DNA of 64,000 nt, taken from positions 1,454,527-1,518,526 of the forward strand of contig NW_024055498.1 in the NCBI RefSeq assembly GCF_902713615.1, written 5' to 3'. The DNA is from Scyliorhinus canicula (lineage: Eukaryota). Made by a program: the position numbers and the translations under genes. Shown piece by piece: positions 10,350-23,731 of this stretch. Each line of letters opens with the position of its first letter. Within the stretch, counting starts at the first letter, position 1. The notes under the pieces were generated by a model. It searched no databases and was not told the origin of the DNA. It worked only from the letters and a program-made list of their open reading frames with translations.

Positions 10350-12752
10350 TTTTTTTTTATAAATGTTTTTATTCAGTTTTCGTATTTTATATTGAACAAA
10401 TTACAAATTGTTAGGAGAGAGAAAAAAAACAAACAAACAAAAACAAACACGCAAAAATTAACATACATATTTACAGGTAAGCATCTTCGTAGTGGTAACT
10501 GCGCCCCCCCCCCCCCCTCAACATGTTTATTTAGCTTGGTTTTGGGCCTTAGCTAACCATCAAACCCCCGTAACGAACCTGTAGCCCCCCCCCCCCTCCC
10601 GCTACCTTCCCCCGACTATTCTTCCTCTTGTACATTGGCCACAAATAGGTCCCGGAACAGTTGCATGAATGGCTCCCACGTTCTGTGGAAGCCGTCGTCC
10701 GACCCTCGGATGGCAAATTTGATTTTCTCCATTTGGAGAGATTCCGAGAGGTCGGACAGCCAGTCCGCAGCTCTGGGCGGTGCTGCTGACCGCCAGCCAA
10801 ACAGGATTCTACGGCGGGCGATCAGGGAGGCAAAGGCAAGGGCATCCGCCCTCCTCCCCAGGAATAGATCTGGCTGTTCTGAAACCCCGAAGACCGCCAC
10901 TATCGGGCATGGCTCCACCCTCACTCCCACCACTTTGGACATTACCTCGAAGAAGGCTGTCCAGTACTCCACGAGTCTGGGGCAGGACCAGAACATGTGG
11001 GCGTGGTTGGCCGGGCCTCTTTGGCACCGTTCACATCTGTCTTCCACCTCCGGGAAGAACCTACTCATACGGGTTCTTGTTAAGTGGGCTCTATGTACCA
11101 CTTTTAGTTGCGTCAGGCTGAGCCTTGCGCACGTGGAGGTGGAGTTGACCCTATGCAGTGCTTCGCTCCAGAGTCCCCACCCGATCTCCATCCCCAGGTC
11201 GTCCTCCCATTTCCTCCTTGTTGCGTCCAGTACGGTGTCGTCCCTATCTACCAGTCGGTCATACATGTCACTACAGTTCCCTTTCTCTAGGATACTTGCG
11301 TCCAGTAGGTCTTCCAGTAGTGTCTGTCGTGGCGGTTGTGGGTACGTCCTTGTCTCCTTTCGTAGGAAGTTTTTGAGCTGCAGGTACCGTAGCTCGTTCC
11401 CCCCAGCTAGCTGAAATTTCTCTGTCAGTTCGTCCAGTGTTGCGATCCTGTCGTCCGTGTATAGGTCCCTGACTGTCAGTGTCCCCCCGTCCTGCCTCCA
11501 CCTTTTGAAGGTGGCGTCGGTCAGTGCTGGTTTGAACCTATGGTTGTTGCAGATGGGAGCCCTGTTCGACATTTTGGTCAGGCCAAGTTGCTGCCGCAGT
11601 AGGTTCCAGGATTGGAGGGTGGCTGTCACCACTGGGCTGCTGGAGTGTTTTTTGGGTGGGGATGGGAGTGCTGCCGTGGCGAGGGCCCGGAGGGAGGTTC
11701 CCATGCAGGAGGCCTCGTCCGCACGCACCCACTCAGCTTCCGGCTCCTGGATCCATCCCCTTACTCGCTCGGCTGTTGCTGCCCAGTGGTAGAATTGTAG
11801 ATTCGGGAGGGCTAACCCTCCCCTGGTTTTTGTTTTTTGTAAGACCTTCTTTGGGATCCTAGCATTTTTACCCCCCCCATACGAACGCCATGATGAGTTT
11901 GTCCAGCGCTTTGAAAAAGGCCTTGGGGATGTAGATCGGAATGGATCTAAACAGGAAGAGGAACCTGGGCAGTACGTTCATTTTGATCGTCTGAACTCTC
12001 CCGCGAGGGAGAGCGGGAGTGTGTTCCATCTTTGCAGGTCCTTTTTAACTTCCTCCGTCAGGCTGGTGAGGTTCCATTTGTGGATCCCTTTCCAGTCATG
12101 GGCTATTTGGATCCCCAGGTAGCGGAATTTATGTCGGGCTTGTTTGAACGGCAGCCCCTTTAGTGCTGCCCCCCCCCCCCCCCCCCCCCCCCCCCTTGCG
12201 GGTGTAATGGGAAGATCTCACTTTTGCTCATGTTGAGTTTGTAGCCCGAGAAGGCTCCAAACTCTTCAGGAGCGCGATGATTCCGTCCATGCTGCTTTGT
12301 GGGTCCGAGATATAGAGGAGCAGATCATCCGCATAGAGTGAGACTCTGTGCTCTCTACCTCCCCTTCGGATCCCCCTCCAATTTTTTGCTGCCCTGAGCG
12401 CGATTGCTAGCGGTTCGATTGCTAGTGCGAACAGCAGCGGGGACAGTGGGCATCCTTGTCTGGTGCCCCTGTGCAGCTGGAAGTATTGGGAGTTGGTATT
12501 GTTGGTCTGTACACTCGCCATGGGAGCGTTGTACAGGAGCTTTACCCAAGCTGTAAACCCTGTTCCAAGCCCGAACCGCTCCAGTACCTCTATGAGGTAT
12601 ATCCATTCGACTCTGTCGAAGGCCTTTTCTGCGTCCAGGGAGACGATCACCTCTTGTGTTCTCTCCCCGGAGGGGGTCATTATCACGTTCAGCAGGCGCC
12701 TGATGTTCGCGGTCAGCTGTCTACCTTTGACAAAGCCCGTCTGGTCCTCTGT
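10350..12752 (-). mobile_element. 5'-truncated L1-clade LINE (RT + C-terminal zinc knuckle), copy-1-specific
   Basis: ORF2 pieces 12228-12836 (DAEKAFDRVEW, QGCPLSPLLF, YADD) and 10616-11728 (CERC...HAHMFWSC). Poly-A end at 10350 and 15-bp TSD GTACCGGGCGTTCAT at 10335-10349 and 12753-12767. The empty site is at 25311-25325. Confidence 0.95.
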
Positions 12753-13417
12753 GTACCGGGCGTTCATGACTTGTGGATTTATCCGAGCGACGGGAGTTTT
12801 ATCGCCCTCACCGTGAGCCGCTCCCCTCTGAAGCAAGTCCGGTATCTGAGTGACTCCCTCGCAGCAGGTAAGAGGTGAGTTTTTGATCGAAAAATCGATT
12901 TTCTACTGAAGCCTAAAGCAAACAAAATGGTCCTACATGATGATAATAATCGTGTTGCTCCGTGAATTGTTGAAATTATTATTGTAAATTTCATGTGTTA
13001 AATACAACAGCAGAGTTCGAAACATTCTCTGTTTTGTTACAGGTACGTACGGGAGACTCAGCGGCCTTGGGCTAATCTGAGTCAACGCGTCTGGAAGGGC
13101 AAACTCTAATTTCCGGCGACATTATCTCAAACACAGAGAGCTGTTATTACCCCCTGCTGAAACGCTGGATTTCCAAGTTCTAATTTACCATCTACATCGC
13201 GGCTGGAGATGATTCTCGTGATTTCGCAAATTGATCCTCTGTTCACCCGCAGAAGAGCGGAAACACCAATATAACTGTCCGATAAATAGACCTGACTGAG
13301 TTCCTGAATCCAGGATCAAACAATTCCCGCAGACAGGAGCAGGAAAGCAGACTTAGTGGGGCTGTACATACTCGCTGAGGTTTTGGTACGGGGCTCCAGC
13401 TGCTCTCTAACGCTGTG

Positions 13418-14131
13418 CCTCACTGCACAGTAATAGACCGCCCCGTCATCCACACTGAGGCCGCTTATATTGAGGTAACCGTTCTGTTTAGACTTGTCAG
13501 CAGCCGCCAGATATCGTCCTGAAACTTTATCTTCCTTCAGAGCAAATACATTGGTAATAATCCAGATTGGTGGCTGTGCCGCTTTCTTATGATACCATTG
13601 CATGTACTGCATACCGGAGTCTGTATATTCACAATGCAGCCTCACCGAACCCCCTTCTGACACGATGTTTGTTACCGGTGATTGAGTTACTGGATCTGCG
13701 CTTAGTCCGCCTGCGAAGGGAGAGAAACGAAACATCAATAATTCTAAACATAATTCATCTACATTTGTTTTTATATGTGTGAGTTTGTGGAAACTCAACT
13801 CTACTCATCATGTGGATATTTTTGATCGTTAATTATATTAAATGTAATTCCAATCTATAACCTGCTAATCTGATTTTATGAACATTATTCAATTCAATTC
13901 AATTTCAATTCAAATCGCTTATTGTCACCAGTAGGCTTCAATGAAGTTACTATAAAAAGCCCCTAGTCGCCACATTCCGCCGCCTGTTCGGGGAGGCTGG
14001 TACGGGAATTGAACCGTGCTGTTGGCCTGTCTTGGTCTGCTTTAAAAGCCAGCGATATAGCCCAGTGTGCTAAACCAGCCCCTTATCCATTACTTACCGT
14101 CCAACAGCGCCGCCATTATTAGCAGCAACAT
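13418..14131 (-). CDS. TRAV: TCR alpha/delta-type V gene segment (leader + V exon), intact
   Basis: Leader 14098-14131 (MLLLIMAALLD, G/GTAAGT) and V exon 13418-13710 (GLSADPVTQSP...VRLHCEYTDSGMQYMQWYHKK...DDGAVYYCAVR). RSS CACAGCG-23-ACCAAAACC at 13379-13417. A SINE sits in the intron (13889-14082). Confidence 0.92.
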
Positions 14132-14255
14132 GTCTGACTGATTCTCTCTGAGTGAATGGGACTGGAATAAGCCAGAGATTGAGAGGAGGAGAGGGAACCC
14201 GGGCTCTGTTCAGCTCGTTGTTCCACCCTCACACTGCAGGGGGCCGGCCCCATTG

Positions 14256-14265
14256 TGACATCACT
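14256..14265 (-). promoter_or_regulatory. CRE-like TCR V promoter decamer AGTGATGTCA
   Basis: Lies about 125 bp upstream of the leader ATG, with a CCAAT box nearby. Conserved in copy 2 at 26894-26903. Confidence 0.55.
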
Positions 14266-14949
14266 CTGACCCCAACACCTATTGGTTTTGACAATGCCGT
14301 CACGGAACTTCATCATCCCCATGTTTGGAGGTGGTGCCCTCTGGTGCCGGATTAGTTTCATTCCTGTTTGAATGCAGCCACTGAATGGATTCAGGGTGTA
14401 TTGAAATACACAAGAAGACACCAATGTTTCCCAGAAATCTAAATTGGATCTGCTACGAAACAGTTTTTACTGCTGTTGATGTTGATGTCAGAAAGGGATG
14501 CTTAATCGATGAAATTTTTGCTCGCCGTTTCTTTCCAAATCCGGTGCATGACAAATGAGAAGTAGTGTCAGGACGTTGGAGAAAGTGCGCAAGTTATATT
14601 TTTAAAGATTACCAGGGACGAGGGCCGTTTATGCAAAAGACCCAGAGAACGTTGGCTTCATTTACCTCTCACAAAAGAGTTAGAAGGAAGACTCAATCGT
14701 TTTGCTGAAAAATATGCCATTTCGAAGCGTAGATCGTCTGTAATTGTTCCCATTAGCAGCGGTTCAAATGACAAATCACCCGATTTCATGGAACAATATG
14801 ATAGAGAATGATGTATTTATTCATAATATTCCGATTTGTTAATATCTAGAACACCACGCGTAAAATAATGACAGAAGAAGATTCAACAGCAAATTTCAAA
14901 AGGGCATTGTCATAATGTGAAAAGGGAAAGCAATATGGAAGATTTGGGG

Positions 14950-15360
14950 TGCGAAAGACGATTGGGATAACATTGTCAAACAGACATGTGCACGGTAAGC
15001 CGAATGCTCGTTCCGTTCCCTAATTTTCGATAATTCTGGGCGATTCATGCCAGTCCCCCACTAATTGTTCTCATTCACTTGAGCAGTGAGCAGGTGCAGG
15101 ATGGTCACAAGTCTCCAGAGATTGAACCGTCGCAATTTCCGCTCCGGCAATCCCCCCTGCAGCTGATACCAGCCGCACAGTCTGACTAGTTTAGAATCTG
15201 CGGTGTCCCGGGGCGCAGCTTCCGTTTGCTGTTCCCATTTTCATTCTGAAACGATTGTGTTGTTGGGGACATTGCTGCCCATGACTCATTCGTGGCATCG
15301 GATAGGTCAGCAATGTAGTGGTCGGGGAGTGTGTATTTCTACTCCAGCTGATCAGTTCAT
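14950..15360 (-). pseudogene. Heavily decayed V-like remnant
   Basis: Clear nucleotide paralogy to 6391-6780 (cttgagcagtgagcaggtgcaggatggtcac...attgaaccgtcgc), including the flank at 14860-14910 versus 6300-6350. Copy at about 27575-27990. Confidence 0.4.
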
Positions 15361-15711
15361 CCACTGAAGAGGGACTAATTCAGGATCTTCCTGGTTCTTC
15401 TTCTCAACATGATCTGACTTCTCAGAAAATCTTTCCCTCATTTTAGAACTCCATTATCCCCTGATTGATCTTTTCACCCAAATATCACTGATTCTACTTG
15501 TTTGTCCAACAATCCCATTTTCCTCAAACCCGTGGGGCACTCCGTATTTCATTTCAATTTTTGTAATTTATCACAATTTCCTCTTCAGTTACCGTACCTT
15601 ACCACTGCCTGCCTATTACCCCTCCTATTTAGACCGTAGACAGTTAGTATGGCCAGTGAGAAGCTCTTCTCCTCAGAAACTCTGGAATTAGCAACACAAC
15701 AACATAGATTT

Positions 15712-16496
15712 TTTTTATTGGATTGGATTTGTTTATTGTCACATGTACCGAGGTACAGTGAAAAGTATTTTTCTGCAAGCGGCTCAACAGATCATTCAGT
15801 ACATGGGAAGGAAAGGGAATTAAACAAAATTCAAGAAAATACATAATAGGGCAACACAAGATATACAATGTAACTACATAAGCATTGGCATCGGTTGAAG
15901 CATACAGGATGTAGTGTTAATGAGGTCAGTCAATAAGAGGGTCATTTAGGAGTCTGGTGAGAGTGGGGAAGAAGCTGTTTTTGGGTCTGTTCGTGCGTGT
16001 TCTCAGACTTCTGAATCTCCTGCCCGATGGAAGAAGTTGGAAAAGTGAGTAAGCCGGGTAGGAGGGATCCTTGATTATGCTGCCCGCTTTCCCCCGGCAG
16101 CGGGAGGTGTAGATGGAGTCCATGGATGGGAGGCAGGTTCATGTGATGGACTGGGCGGTATTCACGACTCTCTGAAGTACCTTGCGGTCCTGGGCCGAGC
16201 AGTTGCCATACCAGGCTGTGATACAGCCCGATAGGATGCTTTCCATAGTGCATCTGTAAAAGTTGGTAAGGGTTAATGTGGACATGCCGAATTTCCTTAG
16301 TTTCCTGTTGTGCTTTCTTGGTGATAGCGTCGACGTGAGTGGACCAGGACAGATTTTTGGTGATGTGCACCCCTAGGAATTTGAAACTGCTAACCATCTC
16401 CACTTCGGCCCCGTTGATGCTGTCAGGGGTGTGTACAGGACTTTGTTTCCTGAAGTCGATGACCAGCTCTTTAGTTTTGCTGGCATTGAGGGAGCA
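15712..16496 (-). mobile_element. Rex1/Babar-type LINE 3' fragment, copy-1-specific
   Basis: FKFLGVHITKNLSWSTH and LFQLLPSGRRFRSLRTRTNRPKNSFFP motifs, with a (AATCC)n tail. Absent at the matching position (about 29200-29220). Confidence 0.8.
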
Positions 16497-17955
16497 CTCC
16501 TTCCACGCGATAGACTGACCCTTAAAGGGGAATGTATGTGCCCTTGTCTTAAAAACACAATGACATTGACATTCCGCCTAAGAAACGTGAGATACTTGTT
16601 TTCTAAGCATCTTTTGGTCCTCTCTACATTATATGAAAATAACCATATAAGAAATAGCATCGAGCGTAGATCAGTTGACCCTTTGAACCTTCAGTAAGAT
16701 CATAGTTGATCAGATTGCTGCCGTAGGTCCAATTTCCTGCCCTTCAGAAACGGCAACTCGCTTGAAAATAAGATGCTTCCGTGGAGATGAATAGCAACCT
16801 CATTTTTTTTCAATGAGGGACAGTTGAAAATATCCACCTTGCAAAAGTGTCCGTGACGGGAAGTGAGAAAGGACAGTCGCTGAATTCAATTTATCTCATT
16901 ATCCTCCGAACGTTTCGACTGATTTGGAACCATTTGCCAATGTTTCTGACAAACTGCTGGGTCCAATTAACGAATTATCTGCATTCAGTCATGCCTTATT
17001 AATAACTGTAATTTGCAATGAAATATATATCGAAAGCTGTCACTTGATTACAATAATGGTCTATCTACCAATGTTTGCTTTGTGTGTGTGTATGTGTGTG
17101 TACATGTGTGAATGTGTGTGTATGTGTGCATGTGTGTTTATGGTTGTGTCAGAGAATGTATGTGTCTGTTTGAGTATGTGTGTGCTTGTGTGTCTGTTGT
17201 ATATGTGTGTTGTATAAGCGTGCGTGCATGTGTTCTTTATTGCCTTCCTTATAGGCGTATGCGTCTGGAAGTGTTTATTTGTCCGTCTCCACGTCTGTTT
17301 CTCGGCGTCTGCAGTTATGCTTATTTTACCAAAACTTGATGCAAGACAGCGCTACCAGATAATTTGGAAAAGATTTTTCACAGCAAATATTTTCAATGCA
17401 TTTAAATTACTTCAACTAATCAAGCCATTGTGTGCACAGTTTTTAATTCTGATCGTGCGCATAATGTTTGTCACGTTATTAAGTTTGGAATTATTAAAGG
17501 GCCATATCAAACCAGGAATTGCTTCATTTTCAACCTCGTCAAATATTGCAAGAGATGGAATGAGAGAAGCTCCCAGGGGGTGTGATACAGCAACTTAAAT
17601 CTGACATTAATTTTAAAGGGATGGTCAATGAGAGAAGCAGGAACACCGAGATCTAAATGTGATGGGTTTGTTTGTCTGAAATGGGAAATTGCCCAATTTC
17701 TCCTCAGCGAGAAGAAAGTCAATGAAGCTATTTTGCTGAATCCTGTAATGAATGAGTTTTGCTCTGTATCTGAGCTGGGAGGTCTGGTTGTATCAGACCT
17801 GGGGACGAGACCTTTAGAAATCCGGGTCTCATTGAACAGATCCAATATCAGCAAATTGGAAGCTCCATTAATTAAGCGACTGTATATTTAAATCACAATT
17901 GGAGGAAAAAAACTTTATTATTTTTATTTTAGTTCGAAATACAACCAACAGATTC

Positions 17956-18335
17956 TCATTGACATGAATTAACGGTGCCCATCAGAGCGAGGGAAATGTT
18001 CACAAAACTGGGTTTACCGCTGGATTTATCAACCGTTCTGTTGATGATCTTCAAGGGGATGGCTTCATGTCCCACCACACAGCGCGCTGGCCCACTCCTC
18101 CGCTGCATGGATAACAGACTGTACATGAAGAAGGAGCTATTGCCGTTCTCCGCCATCACCTCGGTGTTCTTGTAGTTCCCGGGATTCACCGGCTTGTCAT
18201 TGACGGTCCACTTGACGAAGATCTCTCGGGGGGAGAAACCTCTCACTAAGCAGCTGAGGGAGACGAATCTCTGAGCGGAGACATCTTCAGCCGAGGGCAG
18301 GAGGACAGAGACGGACGGTTCCCGCGGGTTGGGAT
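17956..18335 (-). pseudogene. IGHM: Duplicated orphan IgM Cmu4/secretory exon with compensated frameshift (net -12 nt); no TM exon downstream
   Basis: Acceptor intact and Trp retained (VKWTV). Small deletions totalling 12 nt replace [13 protein letters not shown] with MQRRSGPAR and restore the frame before CVVGHE...[20 protein letters not shown]. Confidence 0.88.
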
Positions 18336-19514
18336 CTGCAGAAAATGTACAATAAATGTCAATAAAATGGGGAATTCCGGTGACAATGGAACCGCGGGTT
18401 AGATGTGGGAGAAATGTATTTTGTGTTGGATTTTAAAGGTTTCCATTTTCCACTTTGGGATCTGTCCGGGTTCCCAGCTCGGAGCAGAGGTGGACTCAAT
18501 CCTTTTCCCTGAGAATTTACGGATATTGGATTCGAAAGTTTCAGAAAGTGTACAGCAGGGAAACAGGCCATTCGGCCCAACTGTTCTGTGCTGGTGTACA
18601 AACACCACACCAGGCTCCTCCCACCTTAGTTCCAAAGGATTTGGGAACTGCCAATGTAACACCTTTATTCAAAAGGGGAGGGGGTCAAAAACAGGTAACT
18701 ATAGGCCAGGGACCTTAGTAGCTGAGCATTTAGACATACAGGATATAATCAAGCAGGGTCTGCACGGTTTCGTGAAGGGTAAGTCATTCCTGACAAATTT
18801 ATTGCCCTTATTTGAGGTGATAACGAGCAGGCTGGAGAAGGGGGAATCAGTAGATGTAATATACATGAATTTCGAAACTGTGTTTAATAAATGAATGTAC
18901 TATTCCCACGGCTGCAGATACAAAAATAGGTAGAAAGGCAAGTGGTGAGGACATAAAGTCTGCAGCGGGACAGAGACAGCTTAAGTTACTGAGTAAAAAC
19001 TTGGCAGATGGAACATAATATTGGAAAATATGAGGTTAGACACTTTGGTTGGGGTAAGAACATAACGGAATATCATTTAGATGTAGAAAGACTGCAGAAA
19101 GTTGAAGTAACGGGCGAATTGGGTGTCCTCCTGCAGAAACCACAAAAAGCAACTTCTGCAGGTAAAATGGAAACAAATTGAATGTTGACATTTATTTCAA
19201 AGGGAATAGAATAGAAACATGGGGAAGTCTGGCTCAAATTATACAAGGCATTAGTTAGACTACACCTGGTATACTTTGAATAGTTTTGCTGCCCTTATCT
19301 AAGGAAGACAGATTGGTTTTGAAGGCAGTCCAGAGAACGATCAGGAGGTCGATCCCGAGTATGGAGGGATTTTCTTATGGGGAGAGGCTAAGTAGGCTGG
19401 CTGGACTTATGGGCGTTTAGAAGAATGAAGGCGGCCTAATCGAGACATGAAAGATTCTCAGGGACCTTCGTAGGATAGTCGCTGAGAGGTTGTTTCCCCT
19501 GTGGGAGCGTTTAG

Positions 19515-19587
19515 ACAGACACTGCCACCTACTTATGTGCAATGGACACACAGTGAACTGAAGACCATTCAGCGCCGTACAAACATT
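19515..19587 (+). pseudogene. TRAV: 3' V remnant with 23-RSS (copy 2)
   Basis: DTATYLCAMD, then CACAGTG (19549-19555), 23 nt and ACAAACATT (19579-19587). Confidence 0.85.
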
Positions 19588-21310
19588 TGCCGGGGTGATT
19601 CCGAAAGTGCAGTTATCAGAGAGCTGGTCTTTTAACAACTTTCTCCCTTGGATATGCCCCTCGGTCACCCAATCAGTGAGATCTGTTCCTGATTTGGGTT
19701 GACTCTTTCATATCAGAAGGGCCGAAGTCCATTTAAATTCAATTATTTTCTGTAACTCACAAGACAGCATGTCCTCCGCGAAATGAAATGAAAATGAAAT
19801 GAAAATCGCTTATTGTCACAAGTAGGCTTCAAATGAAGTTACTGTGAAAAGCCCCTAGTCGCCACATTCCGGCGCCTGTTTGGGGAGGCTGGTACGGGAG
19901 GCTGGTGGTTCTTTAAGATAATAGTCATCATGCTGTTCGGTGAGTCAGTATTCAAAAGACCTACAGTGCAGAAAGACACCATTCGGTCCATCGAGTCTGC
20001 ACTGATCCTCTGAAAGAGCACTCTATCGAGGCCCACTCCCCGCCTTATCCCCATAACCCCACCTAACCGTTGGACACTAAGGGGCAATTTAGCATTGCCA
20101 ATCCATCTGACCTGCACATCTTTGGAGTGTGAGACGATACCTCAGCATCCAGTTGAAACCCAGATGGACACAGGGAGAAAGCGCAACCTCCATACAAACA
20201 GTCTCCCTTAGCCTGTCCCTGGCACTGTGAGGCAGCAGTGTTAACCACTGTGCCACCGTACCTCCCTAGATTTACCAGGATGTTGCCTAGATTGGAGTCT
20301 TTTAGCGATGAAAAGAGGCTGGTTAGGGCTGGGGATTTGTCCTTACAGCTGAAAAGGCTGAGGGCGGAGGGATTGTGATGTTCAATATTATTAGGGACAT
20401 AGGTAGAGTAGATAGGATGAAAAGATTCATTTAGATGAGCACTTGAAAGGCGACGGACCAGGTTCTGAAAAACGGGATTAAAATAGAAAGTTTCTTCATT
20501 ACCGGGACAGACATGATGGGCCGAAGGGTCTAGTCTTGTGCTGTTAAATACTATGACTAAGGAATCTGATGCAGGGAAGCAGGCGGTGGCGCCACATGAC
20601 CGCCTCTCCTTTGGTCAAAGAAGGCACAGGAGAGACTTTACTGAGTTGCTCAAATGCAAAGTGGTTCTGTTTATGAAGGTCGCCCGGAGCTGTTTCCACT
20701 GCAGACCCTTGGATAATACATGGATCGAGGACAAATACAGCCGAGGAAAATTCCATTCATTCATACACTGCGATGTGTTAAACTATAGAAGGCGGAAACT
20801 AAATAATGGCGGAAGAAGATTTAACGCCAACTTTAAGAAGAAAACTGCACAAATGTAACGGGAATTACCGGGGTATGTAGAAAATGCCGTTTTTGGAAGA
20901 GGAATAGGGTAACTCTTTCAAAGTGTCTCGGGAAATATAGATCGTGTTGTCTCATCCCTGGCTCTAAGATTCTAGATTCTCGTCCGTCATCTCACTTCCG
21001 ATCTATTTCTTCTCAGTGACTTGAAAAGTGAGCAGGTGCAGGATGGTCACGGTGTAGTGAAGATTCAACCGCCGCTGTTTCCGCTCCATCAGTTCCGAGT
21101 GCAGCTGAGAGTCACCGCACACTTCACTCAATATTCAGACTGCGGTACAGCTTCCGGTTGCTGCTCTCACTCTGACCCAATTGTCTTGCTGGAGAGATTG
21201 CTGCTTGTGGTTCATTCCTCTCATTGGTCGGATCAGCAGGGCGGTGATCTGTATTTCTGTCTCTAACCGAGCGTTTCTTTCATTGTAGAATAATAAACTA
21301 AAGAAGGATT

Positions 21311-21815
21311 ATGAGAAACCATCTCGCTTCGCTCCTCATTGTTTTCTTACTTCTCAGTAAGTATTTCCTTCCCAGTAGCACTCCATTCTCTTCCTGACTG
21401 CTGTAAACGAGATGTTATTGTTGGTAAAATGACAATGATCATGTTATTGATGGTTGTGTTGCTTAATGTGAGGCTGATTCTGATTGTCATTATCGCTGTT
21501 ACTTCTGTTAGAGTGGAGCCACCAAGAGTTCGTGCAGCAAAAGAAACCTGAAATAACGGTTAAAGAGAAAAGTGAAGTTACATTAACCTGCACCTTGAAA
21601 ACAAGCGATTCTAGCCCTACTGTGTACTGGTACAGTCAGCAGCCCGGGAAAGCTCCAAGCTACATGCTTCGATTTATTGGACTGGCTGAGCAAAGGAACA
21701 CCGACCTCAACGATCGGTTTTCTTCTACATTTGATAAAAAGAACAAGACTACCGAGCTAACGATCAGTAACACAATGATACCCGACTGCGCCGTGTATTT
21801 CTGTGCCATGCAGCC
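21311..21815 (+). CDS. TRAV: TCR alpha/delta-type V gene segment, intact (paralogue of 6815-7319)
   Basis: Leader 21311-21356 and V exon 21512-21815 (WSHQEFVQQKKPE...TCTLKTSDSSPTVYWY...YFCAMQP). RSS CACACTG (21816-21822)-24-AGAAAAACC (21847-21855). Confidence 0.93.
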
Positions 21816-23731
21816 CACACTGCTACAGAGATACAGTGGACCCCGTAGAAAAACCCCACACTGGCAGTTCCAGCTACTGCACAGCAGGGGGCGCGCCCTC
21901 ATTGATAGTTCAGTTGCACAGTGAGAGTGACAAAAATTGGAAGAAAAATCACAACACTCAAAATCATCAATAGTGGCGCCCGCCTGCACAGTTATACCAG
22001 TTTACATAGAACATAGAACAGTACAGGCCCTCCAGGCCACGATATTGTGCCGACCATTTATCCTATTATAAGATCAACCTAACCTGCTGTCCATGTGCCT
22101 GTCCAAGAATCGCTTAAACGTCCCTAATGACTCTAACCACCACCTCCGCTGGCAGTGCATTCCACGCACCCACCACTCTATTTATAAAGAACCTACCTCT
22201 GACATCTCTCCTCTACCTTCCTCTAATCATCTTAAAATTATGTCCCCTTGTGACAGCCATTTCCGCCCTGGGGAAAAGTCTCTGGCTATCCACTTTATCC
22301 ATGCTTCTCATCACCTTGTGCAGCTCTATCAAGCCACCTCTCTTCCTTCTTCGCTCCAGTGAGAACATCCGTAGCTCCCTCAACCTTTCTTCATAAGACA
22401 TGCCCTCCACTCCAGGCAGCCTCCTGGTAAATCGCCTCTGCACCCTCTCCAAAAAAATCCACATCCTTCCTATAATGAGGCAACGAGAACTGGACAAGAT
22501 ATGCCAAGTGTGGTCTAACCAGGGTTTTATTAAGCTGCAGCAAAACCTCGCGACTCTTAAACTCAGTGCCCATGTTAATGAAAGCCAACGCACCATACGC
22601 CTTCTTAACAACCCTATCAACCTGCGTGGCAACTATTGAGGGATCTATGTACGTGGATGCCAAGATCCCTCTGTTCCTCCACATTTCCAAGAATCCTGCC
22701 TTTCACTCTGTATTCAGCACTCAAATTCGACCTTTCAAAATGAATCATTTCACATTTATCTAGGTTGAACTCCATCTGCCACTTCTCAGCCCAACTCTGC
22801 TTCTTGTCAGTGTCCTGTTGTAACCTGCAACAGCCCTAGACACTATCTACAACTCCACCAAATGTTGTGTCATCGGTAACTCGCATTTATAAGAGATGTA
22901 GGATTGATGAATCGATCTGCGAAACTTTAACTCCTGCTACTTGTTCCTATCTTAGTGTACAGACCCACTCATTCAGTAAACTATCAGGTCTCACTGAACG
23001 ACAATAAATGCAGCAATGTATATTCATGTAGAGCTTTTCACACAATAAAATGCCCCAACGAGTTTCACAGGAACATAGGGACATATTAAGTCATATGATC
23101 AACAACTTGGTCAAAGAGTTTGGTAAGGTGATTGGGGACGACCAAACAGGGTTTGTTAAAGGCAGGCAGCTGACAGCCAAAGTGAGAAGATTGCTTAATG
23201 TGATTATGATGCTCCCGGCGGACAAGGAGGTGGAGGTCGTGGTGGCTCAAAACCCCAGAAGGCCGGGCTATGGCTTTCGGACATGTCAAGTTTTCTGGGT
23301 ATGGAAAAAATCAGGTTCGCCTTGAGGGGATCTGTATTGGGGTTCGCCCGAAGGTGGCAACCATTCATCGACTTCTTCGCGGGAGAGCGAGCGTCAGCAG
23401 GGGGACTGGGGGAGAGGGGGAGGAGAGAGATTAGAGTAGAGTAGGAGGACTAAATAGGCGGGTAGTGTCTGTGGGAGAGGAAATGGTATGTGCATTATGG
23501 TTTGGTTGAAGTGTTGGTTTTCCGTTGATGTTTGCATGTTTCTGTAATCTGACAATTATGCTAAATTTGCGGAAATCATCGCTGGAATATTCCGTCTAAA
23601 TCCTGGGAATGCCAAATATTAAAAGGACAAGATTACGGAGCTAACGACCAGTAACACGATGATTTACCACAGCGCCCTGTATTTCTGTGAGCATCACGGG
23701 AGCACAGTGAGCGGTACGGTAGCACGGGTAT

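Larger units (their letters stand above)
3061..17569 (+). repeat. Tandem segmental duplication, copy 1
   Basis: Collinear with 17568-30241. The offset is about 14,495 over the first 6 kb (Cmu4 3461/17956; V RSS 7320/21816). The junction at 17568-17570 joins the copy-1 end (gatggaatgagagaAG) to the copy start (ctcccag; compare AGttcccag at 3061). Confidence 0.93.

Noticed and set aside
14988-15026. J-like reading KLGNGTSIRLTV on the minus strand
   Set aside because: There is no FGXG, no 12-RSS and no donor. It is better explained as the decayed FR3 end of a V-like remnant.
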